DNA of 64,000 nucleotides from Eubacteriales bacterium (GCA_045661245.1 JAZRFH010000036.1:8928-72927), one strand, 5' to 3'; positions 47,625 through 57,059 are shown, numbered from the stretch's first letter. Program-made: numbers and translations. Notes: a model not told the origin generated them from the sequence alone.

Positions 47625-49879
47625 TATACACCCCCACCGTAAACACTTGAAATATAAGCCGTCAAGGGCTCCCAGAATGCATAAGCAAGCACACCGAGTG
47701 CGATAATGCCGAGAAGCACTGCCCAGCCGATAATCATTTTGCGCTTAACCTCTCGTCTATCCTCTGCTTCAAGGATTGCGCGCCTCTCGTAATATTCTAT
47801 ATGGTCGCTGACACGCACGAGCTTGCGCTTAAGCTTGCGGCGCTCCTTTTTCATATCCCGTCTGACAGTACGCAAAAGCTTTTCCTTCCTAAGCGAATAT
47901 TCAAGCCTTGCTATATCTCCCGAGAGGGATACGTATTCGTCCATAAGCGCATAAAGTCTTTTGCTGAACGAGTAGCTGATATGATATTTTACTATTTCGC
48001 GGTCAAGCCTTCTCTGACGTCGGAACGCGCGGCGCTTAGCCTTCATTTCTGCCATAACGCGCCCCTCAAAGTGAGCGCGCCTGCCATCCTCCTTACCCGT
48101 GTAAAGAGAAAGCAGCCTTGCGTTTATCTCGTCGCGCCTTGCAAGCTCGTCAAGCAAGTCGGCGCGCTTTTGTATAAGCAGCTCGCGGTTAGCCCCGCCC
48201 CTAAGCTTTACCGTAGAATAATCGGTAAGCACCGGTGCGTAATAGCGCTCGTTATCAGCCTCTGCCTCTTTTAGGGCACGCCTTTGTTCCTTTTCGAGCC
48301 TTTTTATATCCTTTTGCACGTCTCTTGCCGTTCGCTCGTCCTTGTCTTTCTTTCTGCCAAAGCGCAATTCCTTGCTCTGCAATTCAAGTCTGAGCTCTCT
48401 TAAGCGGCTCTCGTACATCTGTTCAACGCATAGAATATCAAGTGCACGGCTCTTTTTGACAAGCTTTTTTAGCTCGCGCTTGTTGAATACGGGAGCTTCG
48501 CTGTGCTCGTCGCCGCCCTCTATATCTACTCGCTCCTTGCCGTAGAAATCGTGGTACTGTAAAAGCGCCTCGCGCTCACGTTCCTTTGACACGGGGTCAC
48601 CCCCCGCATACAAAACCGGCTCGTCTGTTACGTAGTCGGGGTCGGGGTAGATAGAACCCGGAATATCCTCTCCGTAATCCTTGTTCTCATCTTCGATTGG
48701 GTTAAAATGCGCGGTCGTGCGGCTCTCGCGCTCAAACCTCAGCATATCCTCACGCTCAATCTCACGCATAGCACGCGCGTGCTCACGCCTTTGCCTGTGT
48801 GTCAGCTTAGGCTCATTTTTAGGCACGTCGGGCAACGGGTCCATAAGCGCGTCGTCTATATGCATATCCAAATCGTTATGCTGGGGCGCCTCGGGGTCGG
48901 GATAAGCCGTAAGGCCCGTTACCGTATCAAATAAAGCTATGTCGGTTTCCTTATCAAATGCAGTGGGCTTAACCGCACCGCCGCGTGCTATGTACTCACG
49001 ACCTGCCTCGGGGTATGACGAGCTTATATCAAGGCCGCCGTCTACCAACAGCTCTCCAACGTCGTCAGTGTCGGTGTATACACGCGATTGCGCCTTATGG
49101 CTCTTGGTAATGAGCTCTCTTTCGTATTCACCGTCACCGAGGGCCGGCGGTATGTCCGTATTCCTACGTGAAATAAGCTTCGGCTCACCCATTTGTGCCA
49201 CGCTGTCAGCACTGCTATATCTGCCCTCCGGGTAAACAGCATCTGGAGCGCAGTTCTCTGCCACCACGGTGTTGCCAACCTTTATTTCACCGAGATTTAT
49301 GCCGTCGATATGCAAAACCTCGCTCTTTATGTCCATATCAATGCTTATGAGGTTATCCTCTGCCGCATCACTCTCGCACTGCAAGTCCTCTTTATGCGGC
49401 TTTGTGATAGGCGTAAACTCCTCCGTGTCGCCCTCGCTCGCACTCAAATCCTCGGGAGTCATATCCTCGCTCGGCAAAGCATCGGCCTCGGGCGCGCCGT
49501 CCTCCGCCTGCCCGTCGGAGCTTTTATCAAGGCGCATAAGCAATTCGCGCACCCTATCCGAATCCTCACGTGCGCGGTCTATCTCCCTTTGGCGCTCTGC
49601 GTTCAGCACACTCTCGCGCTCAAGCCTCGCATCTCTTTGCCTCTCCTCTTTTTCAAGGTCGGCACGCGAGCGCCTCGCCTCTTTTTCAAGACGGAGCTTT
49701 TGCCTATAGGTTTCCGCATATTTCAGCGCCTCAAGGCGCTCTGTCCTTATCTTATCGGTATTTACACTCTTAGCCTTGCCGATAAGAGCGTGACCGTCAC
49801 TTATGGCGGCAGATTGTGTGCCGCTATTATCGGTATCTATTTGCTCCCTGTCAAAGAGCTTATCGTTTTTCTCCGCCAT
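47624..49879 (-). CDS. Hypothetical highly charged, tail-anchored protein (751 aa)
   Basis: E/R/K/D-rich helical segments and an acidic middle region. One hydrophobic helix at the extreme C-terminus (MIIGWAVLLGIIALGVLAYAFW). No catalytic motif recognised. Confidence 0.6.
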   Translation of the reverse strand: MAEKNDKLFDREQIDTDNSGTQSAAISDGHALIGKAKSVNTDKIRTERLEALKYAETYRQKLRLEKEARRSRADLEKEERQRDARLERESVLNAERQREIDRAREDSDRVRELLMRLDKSSDGQAEDGAPEADALPSEDMTPEDLSASEGDTEEFTPITKPHKEDLQCESDAAEDNLISIDMDIKSEVLHIDGINLGEIKVGNTVVAENCAPDAVYPEGRYSSADSVAQMGEPKLISRRNTDIPPALGDGEYERELITKSHKAQSRVYTDTDDVGELLVDGGLDISSSYPEAGREYIARGGAVKPTAFDKETDIALFDTVTGLTAYPDPEAPQHNDLDMHIDDALMDPLPDVPKNEPKLTHRQRREHARAMREIEREDMLRFERESRTTAHFNPIEDENKDYGEDIPGSIYPDPDYVTDEPVLYAGGDPVSKEREREALLQYHDFYGKERVDIEGGDEHSEAPVFNKRELKKLVKKSRALDILCVEQMYESRLRELRLELQSKELRFGRKKDKDERTARDVQKDIKRLEKEQRRALKEAEADNERYYAPVLTDYSTVKLRGGANRELLIQKRADLLDELARRDEINARLLSLYTGKEDGRRAHFEGRVMAEMKAKRRAFRRQRRLDREIVKYHISYSFSKRLYALMDEYVSLSGDIARLEYSLRKEKLLRTVRRDMKKERRKLKRKLVRVSDHIEYYERRAILEAEDRREVKRKMIIGWAVLLGIIALGVLAYAFWEPLTAYISSVYGGGV

Positions 49880-49918
49880 AGCTATCCTTCCTGTATCTTA
49901 AGTAGATATATTTTGTTC

Positions 49919-50758
49919 TCAGTCGTCACTGCTGAGCGCACAGCCTATTACTGTAGAATACTCCGAGAGGTCGGGAATTATGAAGTTAACCCCGTATCCC
50001 ATACCGTTTATTTCGCGAAATTTTTCGTGCGCAAAGCCCAGGCGTGTTAAATTCCCCGTAAGAACGATGTCACCAACACCGCAGTGGCGGGACGCGAATA
50101 CAGAAACCATACCAACCGTTTCAAACACCATATTCATAACGCCAAGCGCAATATCCTCTTTGCTTGCGATATCCGACACGTTGCCGAAGTTCGCCGCCGT
50201 CATATCCTGATTTAAGCCCTCAATTGCGCTCTTTGCGGTAATATCCTTAATTCTTAAATCAATATTCTCAAGCCTGCCGCCCTCGGCAAACTCGCATATA
50301 TGGTCAATACCCTCAGCACCGACCAGCAGCTTTGATAGGCCGACAAGCGTACCGCCGCCAACACCCGTGCCGCCAAGGTAGGTCATAGCACCGCCCGAAA
50401 CTGCGTGAACGAGTGCCGTACCCGTGCCCATGCTTACGATAAGAGCCTTATCAAGACCAGAGAGGTAAAGACCGCCCTTGCCTATGCAGTTAAACTCCGG
50501 CACTCTCTTGCACTTAATGCCGTAGAGGTCGTGCTTTACGTATGACGCGCCAACACCCGTCATAACTACCTTTTCAATCTCTGAAATCGGAATATTATTC
50601 TCGTCAGTAAATTTACCCAAAGCGCCGTAGGTCGCGGTCACGGGGTCATTTGCCCTTATAAACTGGGGCTCTATCATTTTTTTGCCGCCATTTGCGTTAT
50701 CAAAGCCAACTATCTTGGTGGTACTGCCGCCTACGTCAATTCCTATAATAATTCCCAT
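49919..50758 (-). CDS. coaW: Type II pantothenate kinase (CoaW-like)
   Basis: IGIDVGGSTTKIV, MGTGTALV, GGTGVGGGTLVGL and DMTAANFG resemble the Staphylococcus/eukaryote-type PanK. Confidence 0.75.
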   Translation of the reverse strand: MGIIIGIDVGGSTTKIVGFDNANGGKKMIEPQFIRANDPVTATYGALGKFTDENNIPISEIEKVVMTGVGASYVKHDLYGIKCKRVPEFNCIGKGGLYLSGLDKALIVSMGTGTALVHAVSGGAMTYLGGTGVGGGTLVGLSKLLVGAEGIDHICEFAEGGRLENIDLRIKDITAKSAIEGLNQDMTAANFGNVSDIASKEDIALGVMNMVFETVGMVSVFASRHCGVGDIVLTGNLTRLGFAHEKFREINGMGYGVNFIIPDLSEYSTVIGCALSSDD

Positions 50759-52359
50759 TATGCTTTACCTTTCATAAGATTGTCAAAAGTAAGACCGTAT
50801 TTATCCGCAATATCTCTTGCATAAGACTTGCCGTCGGGCTTCATTCTGTGAATCTTGAACGACCTCTCGCCCTCTTCAATTCCCGCAACGAGAGTGTCTA
50901 TAAGCACGCCCCCGTGTGAAGCCGAGCGCTCGTTAATCTCGCTTACCTGTGCCGCAAGCTCGTGCAAGTGAGTTGAGAAGATGCCCCTGCAGCGCCTTGT
51001 GGCAAAGGCCGCAAGAATTTCAGCCGCGATAAACGCCGCCTCGTACGCACCGGTAGAGGAGAGCGACTCGTCAAGCAGTATCATACTGTTTTCACTTACC
51101 GCATCGAATATCTCACGCAGTCTTGCACATTCCTCACCAAGTCGACCCTTATCAATAGTGTCCTCTGCCCCCTCGGGAAAATGAGTATAAATCGCATCTA
51201 CAGGTGAGATTTCAGCATACTCCGCTGTCACGGGCATACCGAGCTGGCACATAGCCTGCGCCGCACCCATAGCAACGGTTATAACCGACTTACCGCCGCG
51301 GTTGGGGCCCGTAAGCACGTAGAGCCTTGCCTTATCGTCAAATTCAATATCGTTTGTAACTATCCTGCCGTCCGAGGCAAGCGCAATACGTGGGTTATAT
51401 AGCCCGCGCGCTGAAAAGGTCTTGTCTGACATCGGGCAAAGCTTAGGGTAACAGGTCTTCACCCCGCGCTCAGAAAGCCTCCTCACAAGCTCCGCCGCAC
51501 GTGAGATAAACTCTATCTCGGGCAAAAGGCGAAGAAGAAAATCGGTATTCTCAAGCACGTACTCGGCAACGATATTTCTCCAGCCGCGCACCGACGAGCG
51601 GAACACGTCCTCAATAGCTGTATTAAACGCCCCTATCAAGGCTTCCTGCTTATTCTCACTCTGCCCCTTACCGAACGGAGTAAGCTCTGCTATAGCGGTA
51701 AACGCATCGTTTCTAAACGAAAGACGCAGAATTTTATCAAGCACGCGGCCCGACTTGAATTTTTCGGAATTTACCGAAATAACCGCCGCGCTCTCGGGTC
51801 GCATCTCGCGGTCAAGGTTAACACCTACGGTAATGCTCTTAACCTCGCTTACCCTCTCGGTCAAGGCCTCAAGCCTTTTGTTAAGGTCGGTATAATACTC
51901 CGACTCGGCAAGCTCGTCAACGTAGCTGCAAAGAGACAGGCACGCGGTGCTTTTTATCTTATCCGTAACACCTGCAAAGCCGCGGCGCATAGTCTCGATA
52001 CAGCTTACGTATAGCTCAATCTCGGTGATACTGTAAAGGTATGAATCGGCAGAAGTGAGCCCCTCGTTATCAAGTCGGCGCAGCTCCCTTATATCGTCAA
52101 GCATCGGATGTATTGCCGACAGAGTTTTTAAAAGCTCTGGGCAATTAAGCAGGTCGGACAATGCGTCCTGCCTATATTTAATTACAGCCTCGTCAGAGGT
52201 GAAAAACTCGGAAAGCGAGGCGCTCGAAAGCTTAAAAAGCTCGTCAAATCCGAGCTCGCCGAGAACGTCCTCTGATATATTTGGCAGGTTATCCCTGCTT
52301 GAATGAAACGTACGTGACTCGTCTGTAGGATACAAAAGACTTACGAATTTATTATTCAT
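50758..52359 (-). CDS. MutS-family ATPase paralog (domain V only)
   Basis: GPNRGGKS Walker A, ILLDESLSSTG, STHLHEL. No N-terminal mismatch-recognition motif seen. Confidence 0.75.
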   Translation of the reverse strand: MNNKFVSLLYPTDESRTFHSSRDNLPNISEDVLGELGFDELFKLSSASLSEFFTSDEAVIKYRQDALSDLLNCPELLKTLSAIHPMLDDIRELRRLDNEGLTSADSYLYSITEIELYVSCIETMRRGFAGVTDKIKSTACLSLCSYVDELAESEYYTDLNKRLEALTERVSEVKSITVGVNLDREMRPESAAVISVNSEKFKSGRVLDKILRLSFRNDAFTAIAELTPFGKGQSENKQEALIGAFNTAIEDVFRSSVRGWRNIVAEYVLENTDFLLRLLPEIEFISRAAELVRRLSERGVKTCYPKLCPMSDKTFSARGLYNPRIALASDGRIVTNDIEFDDKARLYVLTGPNRGGKSVITVAMGAAQAMCQLGMPVTAEYAEISPVDAIYTHFPEGAEDTIDKGRLGEECARLREIFDAVSENSMILLDESLSSTGAYEAAFIAAEILAAFATRRCRGIFSTHLHELAAQVSEINERSASHGGVLIDTLVAGIEEGERSFKIHRMKPDGKSYARDIADKYGLTFDNLMKGKA

Positions 52360-52391
52360 ATTTTGCCCTTTCTTGACAATTTCTCATTATG

Positions 52392-52420
52392 AGTATAGCA
52401 TACATAAAAGCTAAAGGCAA
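52392..52420 (-). promoter_or_regulatory. Candidate promoter for the mutS-paralog operon
   Basis: On the minus strand: TTGCCT (52420-52415), 17 nt, TATACT (52397-52392). Confidence 0.45.
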
Positions 52421-52477
52421 GAAAAATAATAAAAACTCGCGCAAAATCTTTTATAGACCAAAGAAAAAGGCTTTTTG

Positions 52478-52506
52478 TTGCATTTTCAATAGGCGTTGTG
52501 TATAAT
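52478..52506 (+). promoter_or_regulatory. Candidate promoter for the flavoprotein gene
   Basis: TTGCAT (52478-52483), 17 nt, TATAAT (52501-52506). Confidence 0.55.
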
Positions 52507-52535
52507 GTATATGTAAACGGTTTTGAGAGGTGCTT

Positions 52536-53171
52536 ATGAAAAAAGAAATACTCGGCAGGATAATGATACTTAACGGCAGTCCGCACGAAAAGGGGACTAC
52601 AAGGCGCGCTATTGACGAGGTAGCCGCAGTGCTGACAGACGAAGGCTTTGAGGTTAAGATACATACCCTCGGTGCTCTTGGTGCAGAAGGATGCCGTGCA
52701 TGCGGCGGCTGTGCCAAGCTTGGAAAATGCGTAATAGACGACGTAGTAAACGAGCTTGCCGAAGAAATGTGCGAGGCTGACGGCGTAATTCTTGCGTCAC
52801 CCGTATACTACGCCGCGCCAAACGGTGCTTTTCTCGCAATTTTAAACAGGCTCTTCTACAGCACGAGGTTTGATAAGACAATGAAGGTCGGTGCATCTAT
52901 AGTAGCGGCGCGCCGTGCAGGGCTCAGCGCAAGCTTTGATGTGCTAAACAAATATTTCTCCATCAGCGGTATGCCGGTTGTATCCTCGTATTACTGGGAC
53001 CAGATACACGGCAAAAGCTATGACGAGGCAGAGGGCGACCTTGAGGGTCTTGACACTATGCGCTCGCTTGGCAAAAATATGGCATTTCTTATAAAGGCAA
53101 TCAAGGACGCAAAAGAAAAATACACCTGCCCGGAAAAACCAAGCAAGGTGTATACAAATTTTATCCGTTAA
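52536..53171 (+). CDS. NAD(P)H-dependent FMN reductase / iron-sulfur flavoprotein family
   Basis: ILNGSPH, CRACGGCAKLGKC and ILASPVYYAAPNG motifs. ATG 52536 behind GAGAGG. Confidence 0.75.
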   Translation: MKKEILGRIMILNGSPHEKGTTRRAIDEVAAVLTDEGFEVKIHTLGALGAEGCRACGGCAKLGKCVIDDVVNELAEEMCEADGVILASPVYYAAPNGAFLAILNRLFYSTRFDKTMKVGASIVAARRAGLSASFDVLNKYFSISGMPVVSSYYWDQIHGKSYDEAEGDLEGLDTMRSLGKNMAFLIKAIKDAKEKYTCPEKPSKVYTNFIR

Positions 53172-53183
53172 GGCAAGTGCCTG

Positions 53184-53888
53184 TTAAGAGCGCGATTTAT
53201 GCGCTCTTATTTTTTTAACCATGCCGTATATCACAAACGCAAGAGATAGAATTATCACCGACGTGCCGATAAGCGCCGCACAGCTCATAAAAAACTCCTC
53301 GGGCATAGCCAGAATAATTTTGTCCGTGCGGGCGTCAAAGAGCCAATTGCTTTTGCCCGGGAAAAACACGGTATGAAAAACGTAAAATGCAGTATCAAAG
53401 TCGATAAGCACCAAAGCACCGAGTGTGGCAAAGACAAAAAGCGTAACAGCACCCGACCAGAACGCGGGGCAAAGGCCAAGGAAATACGTTGGCTTTAAAG
53501 CATTAAACCGCACAAGCAACAGCCAAGCACATATTATAATGGCAGAGAGAATATAAACTGTAGCATTTAGTGTAAACAATGCTTTACAATCTCTGAAATG
53601 GTCCGCACCGCTCTCGGAATACGCAAACTGCCCTGCACTAAATTCACCCCCGGGGCGTGTTAAAAAATCAAGTACCTCGTCATATCCCTCGATAATGGTT
53701 TCTCGGTCAAAGCCCGTGCTTTTCTCAATACCGAGAGGCTCTATCTGCATATAGTAAAATCCGCGAGCATATATTGGTAAGCCTATGGAAAAGCTAACTG
53801 TAAAGAAGATAAGTGCTGCTATAAATATCACCGTTAGAATAGATGCGAGGGTGCTGTTTTTATTTTGGTTTACTCTACTATCCATCAC
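53184..53888 (-). CDS. TIGR01906/DUF1461-like integral membrane protein (Lit family?)
   Basis: N-terminal transmembrane helix, an extracytoplasmic segment with ...ETIIEGYDEVLDFL...HFRDCKALF..., then 4 helices and FHTVFFPGKSNWLF. Family assignment is from memory. Confidence 0.5.
   Translation of the reverse strand: MMDSRVNQNKNSTLASILTVIFIAALIFFTVSFSIGLPIYARGFYYMQIEPLGIEKSTGFDRETIIEGYDEVLDFLTRPGGEFSAGQFAYSESGADHFRDCKALFTLNATVYILSAIIICAWLLLVRFNALKPTYFLGLCPAFWSGAVTLFVFATLGALVLIDFDTAFYVFHTVFFPGKSNWLFDARTDKIILAMPEEFFMSCAALIGTSVIILSLAFVIYGMVKKIRAHKSRS
53186..53216 (+). terminator. Intrinsic terminator of the flavoprotein gene (lies inside the 3' end of the convergent gene)
   Basis: AAGAGCGC ... 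GCGCTCTT stem followed by ATTTTTTT. Confidence 0.6.
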
Positions 53889-54499
53889 TTTTCAAGCTCT
53901 CGCTTAATTCTTGCCGCAACAAGGTCAAGGGCGGTTTTATTACGGCCGCCGTTTATGATAATATCGGCATATTTCTTCGTAGGCTCAACGTAGATGCCGT
54001 GCATTTCCTTTACCGTTGTAAGATATTGGTGTATAACACCCTCGATATCTCTGCCGCGCTTTGTAACGTCGCGCCTGAGTCTTCTTAAAATACGCTCGTC
54101 AGCATCTGCATCGGCAAATATCTTTATATCAAACATCGACCTCAGAGCCTCGTCGTGAAAGGTAAGTATACCGTCAACGATTATTATGGGCGTGCACTTT
54201 AGATGCAGCGTTCTGTCAGTGCGCGTATGCTTTACAAAATCATACACGGGTATATCTACCTCACCGCCCGATTTAAGCACAGAAAGATGCTTAACAAGCA
54301 GGTCTGTTTCAAGCGCGTCGGGACAGTCGTAGTTAGTTTTTACACGCTCTGCCATCGAGAGATTATCCTGCGCCTTATAGTAATTGTCGTATGCTATTAT
54401 CGTAATACTGTCGCCAAACAGAGATTTTAAGCCGTGTGCAAAGGTAGATTTACCGCTGCCCGTGCCGCCTGCTATTCCTATAAGCAATGGTGAAGCCAT
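53885..54499 (-). CDS. udk: Uridine kinase
   Basis: IGIAGGTGSGKST P-loop. Start placed at ATG 54499 behind GGAGG, because the upstream in-frame ATG-TAT-AAT is itself a -10 box. Confidence 0.85.
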   Translation of the reverse strand: MASPLLIGIAGGTGSGKSTFAHGLKSLFGDSITIIAYDNYYKAQDNLSMAERVKTNYDCPDALETDLLVKHLSVLKSGGEVDIPVYDFVKHTRTDRTLHLKCTPIIIVDGILTFHDEALRSMFDIKIFADADADERILRRLRRDVTKRGRDIEGVIHQYLTTVKEMHGIYVEPTKKYADIIINGGRNKTALDLVAARIKRELEK

Positions 54500-54526
54500 A
54501 ACGCCCTCCATAAGTTTATTGATTAA

Positions 54527-54555
54527 ATTATACATTACCTCGCGTATTTTGTCAA
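54527..54555 (-). promoter_or_regulatory. Consensus promoter for udk
   Basis: On the minus strand: TTGACA (54555-54550), 17 nt, TATAAT (54532-54527). Confidence 0.65.
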
Positions 54556-54570
54556 CGGGATAAAATACTA

Positions 54571-54599
54571 TTGACTTTATTATATAAAAGAACTATAAT
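54571..54599 (+). promoter_or_regulatory. Promoter for cysK-cysE
   Basis: TTGACT (54571-54576), 17 nt, TATAAT (54594-54599). Confidence 0.65.
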
Positions 54600-54626
54600 A
54601 AATAAAAAACTGAAAAGGAAAAAACC

Positions 54627-55556
54627 TTGAAAGTATATAAATCGTCTAATGAAATTATCGGCAACACACCTCTGTGTGAGCTTACAGGCCTTGCAAAGTC
54701 ACTCGGCTTATCTGCGGGGATACTTGCAAAGCTTGAATATTTAAACCCGCACGGCTCGGTTAAGGATAGAGCCGCACTTTACATTATAAACGAGGCAGAG
54801 CGCGAGGGCAAGCTTAAGTGCGGCTCCGTGATAATCGAGGCCACAAGCGGTAACACGGGCATAGGTCTTGCGGCGGTCGGTGCCTCGCGCGGATACCGCA
54901 CCGTGATAGTTATGCCCGACACTATGTCGCGCGAGAGAATCGAGCTTATGCGTGCATACGGTGCCGAGGTTGTCTTGACCGACGGTGCGCTCGGTATGCC
55001 CGGCGCTATTGCTAAGGCAGAAGAGCTGCACAGAGAAACAGAAAACAGCTTTATTGCAGACCAGTTTAACAACTCGGCAAACAAGAAAGCGCATTTTGAA
55101 ACCACGGGTCCCGAGCTTTACCGCGATACTGACGGAGAGATTGATATTTTTGTTGCAGGCGTAGGCACGGGCGGCACTGTTTCGGGTGTAGGTGAATATC
55201 TTAAGAGTAAGAAAAGCGATATAAAAATTGTTGCAGTCGAGCCCTCGCGCTCGGCAGTGCTCTCGGGTAAGGAAAAGGGCGCGCACGGCCTGCAGGGCAT
55301 CGGTGCCGGCTTTATTCCCTCAATTCTTAACACCGAGATAATAGACGAGGTGCTGACCGTTACAGAGGACGAGGCGTACTCAATGGCGCGCGAGCTTGCG
55401 GCTACAGAGGGCGTGCTTGTAGGAATCTCGTCCGGTGCGGCGCTTGCGGGTGCTGTAAGACTTGCAAAGAGAGAAGAAAACCGCGGCAAGACAATAGCCG
55501 TTATTTTGCCCGACGGCGGTGAGAAATATATGTCTTGCGGCTTATTCAATAAGTGA
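54627..55556 (+). CDS. cysK: Cysteine synthase A (O-acetylserine sulfhydrylase)
   Basis: GSVKDRAA PLP-lysine motif; TSGNTGIGLA. TTG start. Confidence 0.9.
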   Translation: MKVYKSSNEIIGNTPLCELTGLAKSLGLSAGILAKLEYLNPHGSVKDRAALYIINEAEREGKLKCGSVIIEATSGNTGIGLAAVGASRGYRTVIVMPDTMSRERIELMRAYGAEVVLTDGALGMPGAIAKAEELHRETENSFIADQFNNSANKKAHFETTGPELYRDTDGEIDIFVAGVGTGGTVSGVGEYLKSKKSDIKIVAVEPSRSAVLSGKEKGAHGLQGIGAGFIPSILNTEIIDEVLTVTEDEAYSMARELAATEGVLVGISSGAALAGAVRLAKREENRGKTIAVILPDGGEKYMSCGLFNK

Positions 55557-55568
55557 AGGAGAGGTCTT

Positions 55569-56513
55569 ATGCCACAGAAGATTAAAAAGGACGTAGAGCA
55601 CCTTGTGGATATGCTTGAAAATGATTACAAGGGCGGCCGAGATATTGATATAAAGGATACCTTCGTGCACCCGGATAAGAACACTGTAATCAAGCTTTTA
55701 TCGAGAATACGCGGCCTTATTTTCCCGAGCTATTTCGGCAGTGAGGACTATCACGTTTATACTAAGCGCACAGAGCTTTCTATGCAGCTTGAGGACGTAC
55801 TGTATAACCTTACAAACCAAATAGCACTTGTGCTTAAGTATTTGCCTAAGTACGAAAATGCCGACGAGAAGGAGCTTTGCGACGAGGCAGAAAAATTAGC
55901 TCTTGAATTTTTGTCAAGGCTCCCAAAGATACGCGCGCTTATAGACAAGGACCTTGACGCGGCATATCACGGCGACCCTGCGGCATTCAACAAGCCCGAG
56001 ATTATTTTCTCCTACCCCGGCCTGTTTGCAATCACCGTCAATAGAATAGCGCACGAGCTACATACCCTCGGCGTACCGCTTATCCCGAGAATTATGACAG
56101 AATACGCGCATACCGAAACAGGTATTGATATCCACCCCGGTGCGACCCTTGGCGAGTATTTCTTTATCGACCACGGCACGGGTATCGTTATAGGTGAAAC
56201 CGCAGTAATAGGCGACAGAGTTAAGATTTATCAGGGTGTTACGATAGGCGCACTTTCAACACGCGGCGGCCAGAAGCTGAACGGCAAAAAGCGCCACCCC
56301 ACAATCGAGTCGGGCGTTACCATATACGCAAACGCCTCTATCCTCGGCGGTGACACGGTTATCGGCCACGATTCGGTAATAGGCGGCAACGCGTTTATCA
56401 CCTCGTCAATTCCGCCCTGCACCCGTGTAAGAGTAAAGAGCCCCGAGCTTGAATACAGGCAGAGCTCAAGCTGTATCGAGGCTAATAAATGCGGCGTTGA
56501 GGAATCGGTATAA
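55569..56513 (+). CDS. cysE: Serine O-acetyltransferase (long form)
   Basis: Hexapeptide repeats: DIHPGATLGEYFFIDHGTGIVIGETAVIGDRVKIYQGVTIG. Confidence 0.85.
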   Translation: MPQKIKKDVEHLVDMLENDYKGGRDIDIKDTFVHPDKNTVIKLLSRIRGLIFPSYFGSEDYHVYTKRTELSMQLEDVLYNLTNQIALVLKYLPKYENADEKELCDEAEKLALEFLSRLPKIRALIDKDLDAAYHGDPAAFNKPEIIFSYPGLFAITVNRIAHELHTLGVPLIPRIMTEYAHTETGIDIHPGATLGEYFFIDHGTGIVIGETAVIGDRVKIYQGVTIGALSTRGGQKLNGKKRHPTIESGVTIYANASILGGDTVIGHDSVIGGNAFITSSIPPCTRVRVKSPELEYRQSSSCIEANKCGVEESV

Positions 56514-56535
56514 AATCAACCAAAGCCACTTATGC

Positions 56536-56565
56536 GAGGTGCTGAATAAGCACCTCTCTTTTTAT
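56536..56565 (+). terminator. Intrinsic terminator after cysE
   Basis: GAGGTGCT-GAATA-AGCACCTC stem-loop followed by TCTTTTT. Confidence 0.75.
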
Positions 56566-56669
56566 ATAAAACACGAAGCGCACACTCTTTAAAGCCGCCC
56601 ACACGAAACCTACTTTATATCGCATAGAATAATCTTACAAATCACTCACAAAATATTTGTACAAACTAC

Positions 56670-56698
56670 TTGACTTTTAGAAACCTTTGTGTTATAAT
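56670..56698 (+). promoter_or_regulatory. Promoter of the tRNA pair
   Basis: TTGACT (56670-56675), 17 nt, TATAAT (56693-56698). Confidence 0.7.
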
Positions 56699-56726
56699 AT
56701 CCAAGCGAGTTTAACGAGCACTACAC

Positions 56727-56803
56727 GGCGGATTAGCTCAGTTGGCTAGAGCGTCCGGTTCATACCCGGCAGGTCGTTGGTTCAAATCCGACATCCGCTA
56801 CCA
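56727..56803 (+). tRNA. tRNA-Met (anticodon CAT, elongator-like)
   Basis: Cloverleaf folded by hand: acceptor GGCGGAT/ATCCGCT, D arm GCTC-AGTTGGCTA-GAGC, anticodon loop TTCATAC, T arm GTTGG-TTCAAAT-CCGAC, encoded CCA. tRNA-Ile2(CAT) cannot be excluded. Confidence 0.85.
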
Positions 56804-56809
56804 CACTTT

Positions 56810-56884
56810 GGCTCGTTGGTCAAGCGGTTAAGACACGGCCCTTTCACGGCTGTAACAGCGGTTCGATTCCGCTACGAGTCACCA
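56810..56884 (+). tRNA. tRNA-Glu (anticodon TTC)
   Basis: GGCTCGTTGGTCAAGCGGTTAAGACACGGCCCTTTCACGGCTG...TTCGATTCC...CGAGTCACCA. Anticodon loop CTTTCAC. Close to the Bacillus tRNA-Glu pattern. Confidence 0.9.
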
Positions 56885-56889
56885 AAGAA

Positions 56890-56969
56890 AAGCACCCCTA
56901 TGTTACGGGGTGCTTTTCTTTTTTGGTCGACTCTACGCGGTCGACCGCCTCGCGCACCGCGCGAATGCG
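56890..56969 (+). repeat. Direct repeat copy 1: 80-bp triple-hairpin module
   Basis: Terminator hairpin, then GGTCGAC-TCTACGCG-GTCGACC hairpin, then TCGCG-CAC-CGCGA hairpin. Repeated at 57060-57140. Confidence 0.85.
56891..56924 (+). terminator. Intrinsic terminator of the tRNA operon (first hairpin of repeat copy 1)
   Basis: AGCACCCC-TATGTTAC-GGGGTGCT stem-loop followed by TTTCTTTTTT. Confidence 0.8.
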
Positions 56970-57059
56970 GTTCGTGTACGCCGTGCAGAGCGCGTTGAGC
57001 TTGCTCATAAGCGGCAAACGTGCGTTTCTTGATGCTTCAGCATCAAATTCCGATACTTT

